Assembly (NCBI GenBank): GCA_963662395.1
Contig: OY759511.1
Location: 4,100,820-4,164,819 of the forward strand
Origin: Paracoccaceae bacterium
Lineage (GTDB): Bacteria > Pseudomonadota > Alphaproteobacteria > Rhodobacterales > Rhodobacteraceae
Direction of reading: 5' to 3'
DNA: 64,000 bases
Notes under the pieces: generated by a model
What the model was told of the DNA's origin: nothing
Database searches by the model: none
What the model saw: the letters and a program-made list of their open reading frames with translations, nothing else
Made by a program: the position numbers and the translations under genes
Shown here: positions 55,936 to 64,000 of the stretch, in pieces
Layout: each line of letters starts with the position of its first letter
How positions within the stretch are numbered: the stretch's first letter is position 1

Positions 55936-57099
55936 TCATGTTTCGATAACCGGAATGTCGAACTCTGCGGCCGGAGCCGACAGGAGGTCCGGGTCGTTCG
56001 AGGTCACCGCCCAGTTATCCTCCGCATTGATGAACCCGAGATGATTCGAGAAGTTCGGATTGCAGGCGAAGACGTTTCCCGGCTCGAAAGTGACGTCCTC
56101 GAACGCTGCCAGAGACGGGAACTCCGTCGTTTCGATGCCGACCCCGTGGCCGACGCGCCCGACACCCATGGTCTTGAGGCCGCGCTCCTCCAGGTAGCTG
56201 TCGACAACGGCGATGACGTCGGCCGGCCTTTTGCCGGCCCGCAACTGCATGTTGCAGTCATGCCGGAGTTGCATCGTCCAGCGATAGAACTCGGCGAGTT
56301 CTTCGGATGGTGGGCCGACCGAGGCGGTCCTGGCAAGATCCGACCAGTAGCCGCGGTACGAGACGCCGACATCGAAGCCGAGCGTCTCGCCCTTGCGGAT
56401 GACCCGATCGGTCGGCAGGAGCACGATGCCCTTCTCGTTGGCCCCTGACAGCACGCAGAGGAGGGAGAGTTTCTCGGCACCGCCCTCGATCAGTTTTCGG
56501 CGCAGGACCCGTGCGACCTGATTCTCGGTCATTCCTGCACGAACCTCGCTGAATGTCCCGGCCTGTGCTTCGGCACTGATGATTGCAGCGCGGCGCATGT
56601 ATTCGATTTCCAGGGCCGACTTGACGTTCCGTACAGCGAGAATGATGTCGGCGGCATCAACGAATTCGGCACCGGGAAGACCGTTCACCACCTCCTGGAA
56701 ACCGAGGTAGCTGATGCCCAGATACTGCTCCCTTCCAAGTTCACACCCGATACGCGCCTTCGCCAGGCCGGCATCCCCGAGAACACCTGCGATGAATTCC
56801 GGATGTCCCGTCAGCCCGCCGGTTGTCCTGACATCGGCGACAAAACACGTCTGTTCAACCTGGGCGATCTCGAACGGCATGGTGATCAGCGTCGGATCGT
56901 CATCCTTTGGCAGAATGAACATGTAGGGACGAATCTTGTCGACGGCACACTGCTCGGAGCGGTGCCCGCTGTAGTACTGGTAGTTGAGACGTTCGGTAAT
57001 CAGGAGCGCGTCGATCTTCTTCGCGGCCATGAGGGCACGGGTTCTCGCGTAGCGATCCTCGAATTCCTCACGCGGAAAATCCGCGAATTCCGGCTCCAT
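55936..57099 (-). CDS. M24-family hydrolase (Xaa-Pro peptidase / creatinase / DoeA-like), 387 aa
   Basis: Start at MEPEFADFPREEFEDRY. N-terminal creatinase-like domain. Metal-site blocks GFDVGVSYRGYWSDLART and VGHGVGIETTE. Confidence 0.8.
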   Translation of the reverse strand: MEPEFADFPREEFEDRYARTRALMAAKKIDALLITERLNYQYYSGHRSEQCAVDKIRPYMFILPKDDDPTLITMPFEIAQVEQTCFVADVRTTGGLTGHPEFIAGVLGDAGLAKARIGCELGREQYLGISYLGFQEVVNGLPGAEFVDAADIILAVRNVKSALEIEYMRRAAIISAEAQAGTFSEVRAGMTENQVARVLRRKLIEGGAEKLSLLCVLSGANEKGIVLLPTDRVIRKGETLGFDVGVSYRGYWSDLARTASVGPPSEELAEFYRWTMQLRHDCNMQLRAGKRPADVIAVVDSYLEERGLKTMGVGRVGHGVGIETTEFPSLAAFEDVTFEPGNVFACNPNFSNHLGFINAEDNWAVTSNDPDLLSAPAAEFDIPVIET

Positions 57100-57435
57100 T
57101 ATCCCTGCAACCCCCTGTTGACCTGCCAATGACAATAGATAATATATTGTTTGACGCAAGCAGTTTTTCGGAGTGACGGCGGATGCCCGGCCCAGAGGGA
57201 AACCAATGCCGGTTCGGCATGGCGCACATGACGGCCGGACTGCAGGGGATGCCGGCAGGCAATGCCGGCAGAACTCCTGGACGGCTTGACCCTTCCGATG
57301 TCGCGGTGCCTGTCCCGGGAGTGACCGCGCATCTGTCCGCTCCGGGCCCCCGGATTTCGGCGGCAACGGAGCCATGAGAATGGCGGGATCCATCCGCACA
57401 ATGACCGCCACGACCCCGGGCATCCCCGTGGGCAG

Positions 57436-58620
57436 ATGACCGGATTCAGGTTTGCCAGAAGGTCCTCGATCCTGGGCAGGTCGGTATTCGACCACGTCCC
57501 GGGCACGATTTCCCTTGGCAGCGCCGCCGCTTATCCTCCGTTATTGCCGGAGACCGTGGCTGAAGCGGTGGAGGCGGTCGGTCCGTTGCGCGAAGAGGCG
57601 ATGCAATACGGACCGCTCATGGGGCTGGATGACCTTCGCGAGGAAATCTGCCGGTTCGCCTGCGAGGACGGGATCAAGGCAGAGCCCGACAACGTGCTCG
57701 TCACCTATGGGGCAAAGAGCGCATTCGACCTGGCATGCCGGGTGTTCATCGAACCGGCCGACCGGATCATCGTCACGCGTCCGACCTACATGACGGCCAT
57801 CCACATCATGCGCACGCACAACGTCCAGTTCGTCGATGTCGGCCAGGATGAGGACGGGCTGGATACCGACGAACTCGAGGCGAAACTCCGTCACATCGCG
57901 GCCAACGCCGAGCCGATGCCGAAACTTCTCTTCGACGTTCCCGACTTCCACAATCCAACCGGGATCACCACCAGCCTTGCGCGGCGTCAAAGGATGTTGG
58001 AACTGGCCCGGCGTTACGATTTCCTGATCTGCGAAGATGACCCCTATCGCCGCGTCCGGTTCGAAGGCGACTCCGTTGCACCGATCAAGTCGCTGGACAC
58101 GACCGGTCATGTCATCTCGCTGGGCACCGTATCCAAGACACTGGCGCCGGGATTGCGCGTGGGATGGGCTATCGGCGAAGCAGGCGTAATCCGGCGAATG
58201 GCTCTCCAGAAGGCCGATGGCGGATCCAACACGTTTGCGCAGCGAATCGTCGTGCAACTCATGCGATCAAACAGGATCAGCCATCACATCGACGAGTTGA
58301 AAAAACAGATGCGGTTGCATCGGGACGTGATGATTTCGGCGCTCGCAAGGCACATTCCCGAAGCTGTCGTCAGAGCTCCGGGCGGCGGATATTTCCTGTG
58401 GGCCGCCTTGCCGACCGGGGACAAAGCGGAACGCGTGGTCGAACTGGGAATCGAGGAGGGGGTCGAGGTCTCGCCGGGGCGGCTGAGCTTTCCCGTATCC
58501 GACCCGGGAAATTTCATTCGGCTGGCCTACAGTTTCGTGACGGAAGACGAGATCAGGCGCGGCATCGCAATGCTGGGTGTGGCGTTCAGGACCTACAAAT
58601 CAGCAGCCTCGACCGGCTGA
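57436..58620 (+). CDS. Class I/II PLP-dependent aminotransferase, 394 aa
   Basis: VTYGAKSAFDLACRVF, PDFHNPTGIT, ICEDDPYRRVRF, and LGTVSKTLAPGLRVGW with the PLP lysine. Confidence 0.8.
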   Translation: MTGFRFARRSSILGRSVFDHVPGTISLGSAAAYPPLLPETVAEAVEAVGPLREEAMQYGPLMGLDDLREEICRFACEDGIKAEPDNVLVTYGAKSAFDLACRVFIEPADRIIVTRPTYMTAIHIMRTHNVQFVDVGQDEDGLDTDELEAKLRHIAANAEPMPKLLFDVPDFHNPTGITTSLARRQRMLELARRYDFLICEDDPYRRVRFEGDSVAPIKSLDTTGHVISLGTVSKTLAPGLRVGWAIGEAGVIRRMALQKADGGSNTFAQRIVVQLMRSNRISHHIDELKKQMRLHRDVMISALARHIPEAVVRAPGGGYFLWAALPTGDKAERVVELGIEEGVEVSPGRLSFPVSDPGNFIRLAYSFVTEDEIRRGIAMLGVAFRTYKSAASTG

Positions 58621-58642
58621 AACAACAGCAAGGGAAACAACC

Positions 58643-59668
58643 ATGTCATGTCCGATCGTAAGCTTCGCGCCTGCCTGCGAAGTCGATTTCCAGCAGGATG
58701 GCAAGCATCATGGCTACCTGCGAATCCAGTATTCCTCCGACCGTTCCGCCTATGGCTGGATTCCGGTTCCAGTCATGTCGATCCGGAACGGCGAAGGGCC
58801 TTGCGCGGTCGTCGTCGGTGCAAATCACGGCGACGAATACGAGGGAGTCTCCGTCTGTAACGAACTCTACCAGACCCTGCAGCCATCGGATATCACCGGG
58901 CAGATCATCCTTCTTCCCGCGGCAAATGCACCGGCATTCTATGCCGGTCGTCGAACCTCGCCTCTGGACTGGACTGGCGAGGCCAATCTCAACCGGTTGT
59001 TCCCCGGCAAACGGCTGGGATCGCCAACCGAGATGATCGCATGGTTCATGACCAACCACCTGATCGACCTGGCAGATGCCGTATTCGATCTCCATTCCGC
59101 CGGCAAGTCGATTGACCACCATCCCTCGGTGAAGATCCGCCTCATGGGCGATGCAACCAAGGATGCCATGCAGATGAAGTTCCTCGAACTCTTCGGGGCA
59201 CCGCTCGGGATCGTCGGTAACCGGGTTCATGAAACGACCCTGTCGGGCGAAGTGCTGCCCAAGGAGATCATCTATCTTTCGACGGAACTCGGAGGCGGAG
59301 GCAAGATCAGGCCGTGGATCCGCGACTTTGCCTACAATGGAATGAGGAGGTGCCTCAGCGAGATGGGCATACTTCCGTCGAGCCTCGACCTGCCGGAACC
59401 GGAACACAGGGTTCGTCTCATGAACATGCAATCGGACGAGAACTACATCTTTGCCTACAAGGACGGCATGTTCGAGCCGCGGGTCAATCTTGGCGAGGAG
59501 GTCGAGGATGGCCAGTTTGCAGGTTACATCTGGTCCCTCAAGGAGCCCTGGCTTGCACCGGAGAAACTGCATTTCAGGAAGGGAGGGGTGGTGTTCTGCA
59601 AGCGCACACCGGCACTCTGCCAGGTCGGCGACACCCTTTTCTTCACGCTGAACGACTATACGGGATGA
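58643..59668 (+). CDS. Succinylglutamate desuccinylase/aspartoacylase (AstE/AspA, DoeB-like) family deacylase, 341 aa
   Basis: AGGGAAA precedes ATG 58643. VVVGANHGDEYEG (zinc site), NLNRLFPG and FDLHSAG blocks. Confidence 0.8.
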   Translation: MSCPIVSFAPACEVDFQQDGKHHGYLRIQYSSDRSAYGWIPVPVMSIRNGEGPCAVVVGANHGDEYEGVSVCNELYQTLQPSDITGQIILLPAANAPAFYAGRRTSPLDWTGEANLNRLFPGKRLGSPTEMIAWFMTNHLIDLADAVFDLHSAGKSIDHHPSVKIRLMGDATKDAMQMKFLELFGAPLGIVGNRVHETTLSGEVLPKEIIYLSTELGGGGKIRPWIRDFAYNGMRRCLSEMGILPSSLDLPEPEHRVRLMNMQSDENYIFAYKDGMFEPRVNLGEEVEDGQFAGYIWSLKEPWLAPEKLHFRKGGVVFCKRTPALCQVGDTLFFTLNDYTG

Positions 59669-59723
59669 TTGCCACCCGGAAGCCGGACTGCCCGGCCGGC
59701 CCGCAAAGGGGAGTGATCCGGGA

Positions 59724-61376
59724 TTGACGGCACCGGCGCCAAGCTGTGATTTCATCGTCGTGGGCTCGGGCAGCGCCGGAGCAATCGTTGCCTCGAGACT
59801 GGCCGAGTTCGGTGCCGGCAATGTTCTGCTCCTGGAGGCGGGCCCGACCGATGGGAGCCTGCTCCTGCGCATCCCGGCCGCCATGCGCCATGCTTACGAT
59901 GCACCCGGTTACAACTGGAACTACGAGACGGAACCCGAACCATTCCTTGGCCACCGCCGTCTGAAGCAGCCGCGCGGCCGGGTGCTCGGGGGATCTTCCT
60001 CGATCAACGGCCAGTTGTATTTGCGCGGCCACCCGCTCGATTACGAGGGCTGGGCCGATTCAGGGGCAGCCGGCTGGTCATACTCCGACGTCCTGCCCTA
60101 TTTCAGGCGGCTGGAAACACGGACGGACGGAGAAGGCGCGTACAAGGGCGAGAGCGGACCGGTCTCGGTGACCACGACAGAGCCAGACCCGCTCGCCCGG
60201 GCTTTCCTGGATGCCGGCCGGCAGGCAGGTTACCGATCAACCACTGACGTCAACGGCTTCCAGCAGGATGGTTTCGGATTTCTCCCGAAAAACGTCGCGA
60301 ACGGGCTGCGCTCGTCAACCGCCCGAGGCTATCTTCGCAATCCTCCGGCAAACCTGCGAATTCAAACCAACTGTGTGGCGACACGCATCCTGTTCGACAA
60401 GAGGAGGGCGCAGGGCATCGAATTCCGCCGAGGCAACGAGACGACAACTGCGTTCGCCAGACGCGAAGTCGTGATCTGTGCCGGAGCATTCAACAGTCCG
60501 GTCCTGCTGATGAATTCCGGAATAGGCCCTGCAGATCATCTCGGGGATCTCGGGATCGAGGTCATTCACGATCTGCCGGGTATCGGGGAAAACCTGATGG
60601 ATCATCCACTCACCTCGGTCCAGGTGGAGTGCACGGAGCCGGTTACTCTTCACCGATACGACAACCCGATATCGAAAGCGAAAGGTGTGATCCGGTGGTT
60701 GTGGACACGGAAGGGCGTACTTGCCAACAACCATTTCGACACTGTCGCGTTTATCCGGACCAGGGCAGGAATTCGATTTCCGGATCTTCAGATTGCCCTG
60801 TTTGCAATAGCGGTGGCGGAAGGCAGTTCAGATTTTGTCAGGCGGCACGCCTTCCAGCTCCAGTTTTCCGTCCAGAGGCCGGCAAGCAGGGGGTATGTCC
60901 GCCTGGGCAAGGCCGAAGAGAGAGAGTTTCCTCGCATTCGGTTCAACCTGCTGGAGCATTCCCGTGACATGGAAGACCTCAAGGCCGGACTTTCCCATTC
61001 GCGCGAGTTGCTGCGTCAACCTGCCCTGTCCCGGTTCGCCGGGAAGGAGCTGTTTCCGGGAGAGCACGTCGAAAGCGACGAAGACGTGGAGTCATGGCTG
61101 CGCGGAACCTGTCATTCATCATATCACCCGTGCGGCACCTGCAAGATGGGTGACGACGGCATGGCGGTTGTCGACAGCGAGTGCCGCGTGATGGGTGTGG
61201 ACGGCCTGCGCGTTGCTGATGCATCCATCATGCCATTCATTCCATCAGCGAACCTGAATTGCCCGACGATGATGATCGGCGAAAAGGCGGCCGACCACAT
61301 CCTGGGAAAGCGAATGGAGCCGCCATTGGACCTGCCGTATTTCGTCGACCCCGATTGGGAAACTTCCCAACGTTAG
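59724..61376 (+). CDS. GMC-family FAD oxidoreductase (choline-dehydrogenase-like), 550 aa
   Basis: TTG start. CDFIVVGSGSAGAIVASRLAE is a Rossmann fold. Also PRGRVLGGSSSINGQLYLRG and the C-terminal SSYHPCGTCKMG...GLRVADASIMP. Confidence 0.85.
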   Translation: MTAPAPSCDFIVVGSGSAGAIVASRLAEFGAGNVLLLEAGPTDGSLLLRIPAAMRHAYDAPGYNWNYETEPEPFLGHRRLKQPRGRVLGGSSSINGQLYLRGHPLDYEGWADSGAAGWSYSDVLPYFRRLETRTDGEGAYKGESGPVSVTTTEPDPLARAFLDAGRQAGYRSTTDVNGFQQDGFGFLPKNVANGLRSSTARGYLRNPPANLRIQTNCVATRILFDKRRAQGIEFRRGNETTTAFARREVVICAGAFNSPVLLMNSGIGPADHLGDLGIEVIHDLPGIGENLMDHPLTSVQVECTEPVTLHRYDNPISKAKGVIRWLWTRKGVLANNHFDTVAFIRTRAGIRFPDLQIALFAIAVAEGSSDFVRRHAFQLQFSVQRPASRGYVRLGKAEEREFPRIRFNLLEHSRDMEDLKAGLSHSRELLRQPALSRFAGKELFPGEHVESDEDVESWLRGTCHSSYHPCGTCKMGDDGMAVVDSECRVMGVDGLRVADASIMPFIPSANLNCPTMMIGEKAADHILGKRMEPPLDLPYFVDPDWETSQR

Positions 61377-61734
61377 ACCCGACACCAATGCCGGGCAGGC
61401 AGGTGGTTGCGGGTTCACTTGAATTGCAGGGCCGGGTATCAGCATACTGACGGGAAGGCATCGGTGCCCTGAAACTCGTCGCCGTCGCAACTGGATCCTG
61501 CAGGCCAGAGATCCCTTCCCGCTGCAGAACCGTCTGTCCAGGACCAATTCAGTCGGTTGTCGAGTGCTGTGAACCTTGATCAGCGATCCGGCCCCGGGGA
61601 GCGAAGACGGGCATGGATCGATGACGGCACCGGTCTTCCTGTATGCCGGCAGCAAGCCCAGATGTTCGGTTCAGGAGTATTGCAAACGCTTGCAGAAGAT
61701 GACCTGGCGAAACTGCTGGCCTGCCAGACTCGCC

Positions 61735-62571
61735 TCAGACTCTCGAGATGGCCGCGAACGCCGCTGCCCAGTCCTTGTGCCAGCGCGAGAGTGGCGGGCG
61801 ATTCTCCACGATATCCCCCATTGCCCATGTCATGCGTTTCTCATCCATACTGCGCGTAACTTCGCCGTCAGGGCAAAGGATGTAGAAATCACCCTCTTCC
61901 AGACGCTTGAACATGAATTCGGCAGTCTGATCAGGAGTCCACGCGCCAGGGGGCTTTTCCGTTCGGCCTCGGCGGGTGAGATCGGTGAAGACGAATCCGG
62001 GGATGAGCAGATGCACATCCAGTTTCGATCCTTCCTCACGCAAATGATGCGCAAGCGCCTCGGTAAAGACGCGAACCCCGGATTTCGAAACGTTGTAGGC
62101 CGGATCGCCCGGCGGCGTCGTGATGCCCTGCTTTGAGCCCGTATTTATGATGATGCCGGGACGGGTTGCCGCGATCATGTCCGGCACGAAGACCTGGCAC
62201 ATGTTGACGACACCCCCGAGATTGACATCCAGCACGCGAGACCAGGTTTGACCCGCGTCGAAAATATCACTGCCGGGCTGGATGCCTGCATTGCACATCA
62301 AGACATCGATATGTCCAAACCGGTCGAGAATACTGCCTTGCAGTTCGGTTACGGCAGAGCGGTCGGCGACATCCGTTGCGCTTGTCATGACCACCGGCGC
62401 GCCGCTCTCCTCGAGTGAAGCCGCAGCATTGTCAAAAAGCTCCGAACGGGTATCGACGAGGACCAGCGACAGCCCCCTGGCTGCAAGCCTGCGGGCTACG
62501 GCCAGACCTATTCCCGCCGCGCCCCCGGAGATGACGGCAACATTTCCTTCATTCAATGCAACAGGGCTCAT
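61735..62571 (-). CDS. Short-chain dehydrogenase/reductase (SDR), 278 aa
   Basis: GGGGAGG precedes ATG 62571. VISGGAAGIGLAVARRL is TGxxxGxG-like, with NAG and YNVSK (YxxxK). Confidence 0.85.
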   Translation of the reverse strand: MSPVALNEGNVAVISGGAAGIGLAVARRLAARGLSLVLVDTRSELFDNAAASLEESGAPVVMTSATDVADRSAVTELQGSILDRFGHIDVLMCNAGIQPGSDIFDAGQTWSRVLDVNLGGVVNMCQVFVPDMIAATRPGIIINTGSKQGITTPPGDPAYNVSKSGVRVFTEALAHHLREEGSKLDVHLLIPGFVFTDLTRRGRTEKPPGAWTPDQTAEFMFKRLEEGDFYILCPDGEVTRSMDEKRMTWAMGDIVENRPPLSRWHKDWAAAFAAISRV

Positions 62572-62901
62572 CCAGACCTCCCCGATACGGCTCCGTTGCA
62601 GCCGGACGATTGGCCGGGCAACCACGTTGAAAGTGCTCGTATCTAGGTAACGAGTTTCAAGAGCGCAAGCACGATCAGAGGGGGTTCCCGTTATCGCAGC
62701 ACGTGTTTGCCTTCAGGATTCTCCCCGATATCCGGGTGGGTTTGAGGTCCTTGCAGGGGTTGCCCGGTACCGGCCTGGAAAGTGTCTCTGCCTTGTCGGC
62801 AACGATTTCGAGCAGCGAATTCAAGGTCTCGAAGACGAACCTGGCAGCGAGCACCTGCCACCTGCTGCACGCCCAATTCTGGCTGCCTGCCTTACGCGCG
62901 C

Positions 62902-64000
62902 GAGCTATTGTCAAAAGTGGTGTTCGGGGGATTTGAAAGCAGGCGGCATGTCCGGTTGATCGAATTCACGACAAACCCCAACCGGGGAGTACACCGCCAT
63001 GACAACCAGTGTATGCGAACCCGAAGGCCGCGCAAGGCCCCGTGATCCGCCGGCGGAGTTGGTCGGCGCCGGTGCCCGGCAGATCCTTCACCTGGCCGTG
63101 GAGGCCGAATTGCAGGATGTTCTTGCCGGGCTCGAGGACCGCCGTCTCGAGGATGGCCGGGCCGGTGTCGTGCAGGGCGGATACCTGCCCGAGCGGGCGA
63201 TCCGGACCGGGATCGGGCCGGCCCAACCGCATGCCGAAGATCCGCTCCAGGACCGGAGAGCCGGCGGCCTTCCGCCCGGGCAGGGTGCCCCCCGGCTGCG
63301 CAAGAGCCGCTCCCTCGATGCGGCCGTGCCCCGGCTCTGGCTCGAGGGCGTCTCCACCGGCGGGACGGGCCCGGCTCTCGAGGCGGGCCTTCCCGGAAGC
63401 GAAAGGATTGCCTGCAGGCACCGCCCTCCGCCTCGAGGCCGCGTGGCGGCAGGAACACGAGGAATGGCGCCGGGGCCCGCCGGCAGGGATCGCCGGGTCC
63501 ATGCGTGGGTGGATGGCATCCATGGCGGCCCGGGGCCGAACATGCGAAGCTGTGCTGCCTGCAGGTCTCGGCGCCGGTGACAGGGGCGAGAAGCACCTGC
63601 CGGCGGTAGAGGATGGTGTTCGTGAGCAGGCGCGGAGCCGGCGGGAGGTCCTCCCGGGGCTGAAGGCCCGGGGAATGAATGCGCCTGAACCGGCCACAGG
63701 AGACGGCGCCACGGGTTCCGGGCGGCACGGGAGGAGATCCGGCCCGGGACATGCCGGCAGCGCTGCCGGGTCCGCAAGAGTGCAGATGTGCAGGGTGCCC
63801 TGCCGAAATCGGTGCAGCTCGACAAGCCGGGGCGGCCATTCACGACATCCGGAGGCCGATACGAAGGAGCATGCCGAGAGAGCATTCGATCTCTTCATCG
63901 ATACGTATGCGGACAGGTATCCGAAGGCGACCGGATGCCTCGATGCGGCCGCGGCGAGCTCATGACCTTCCACGACTTCCCGGCCGCACACTGGCGCAGC
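62902..64000 (+). pseudogene. Degenerate third copy of the IS256-family element (runs off the window end)
   Basis: Starts with the same terminus GAGCTATTGTCAAAAGTGGTGTTCGGGG. Transposase homology (ILHLAVEAELQDVLAGLEDRRLEDGRAGVV...) is scattered over all three frames. Confidence 0.8.

Noticed and set aside
62675-62936. Overlapping 77-79-aa ORFs between the SDR gene and the terminal IS256 copy
   Set aside because: Neither has a recognisable motif or a good start context. This is probably non-coding flank.

Overview
High-GC window with alphaproteobacterium-like codon usage. The first ~47 kb is a plasticity zone saturated with insertion sequences. By my coordinates about 28 kb of it is IS-derived. 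Families seen: two IS5 types, an IS4/IS701-like IS carrying passenger genes, two IS256 types, an ISNCY/IS1182-like IS, ISAs1, IS1595 and IS6 relics, a Tn5-like IS with a DUF4338 fusion, IS66, a recombinase-in-trio (RIT) element, and a Mu/Tn552-like transposition module. Many are nested or decayed. Between the IS lie visibly lower-GC accessory islets. (a) 7.2-10.6 kb holds an overlapping two-gene operon of unknown function, convergent with a coiled-coil NYN/Zc3h12a-like RNase gene. (b) 19.5-29.6 kb is a defence-type island. It contains a type IIG-like fused nuclease-methyltransferase split by an IS, and a DNA methyltransferase-HNH fusion preceded by 14 tandem copies of the octamer CCACCCGT that put its natural start out of frame, making it a candidate phase-variable switch. 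This module is bracketed by 49-bp perfect direct repeats and is followed by an orphan UG/Abi-type reverse transcriptase. Other accessory content: tandem tyrosine integrases (one with an in-frame TAG), HigA-like antitoxin genes, and an autotransporter beta-barrel pseudogene. From ~49 kb to 62.6 kb the window is ordinary chromosome-like: a GntR-regulated ABC-transporter, sulfatase, amidase and M24-hydrolase operon, with divergent aminotransferase, deacylase and GMC-oxidoreductase genes and an SDR gene. A degenerate IS256 copy runs off the end. I found no rRNA, tRNA or CRISPR array. All domain calls rest on motif recognition by eye and need HMM or BLAST confirmation.
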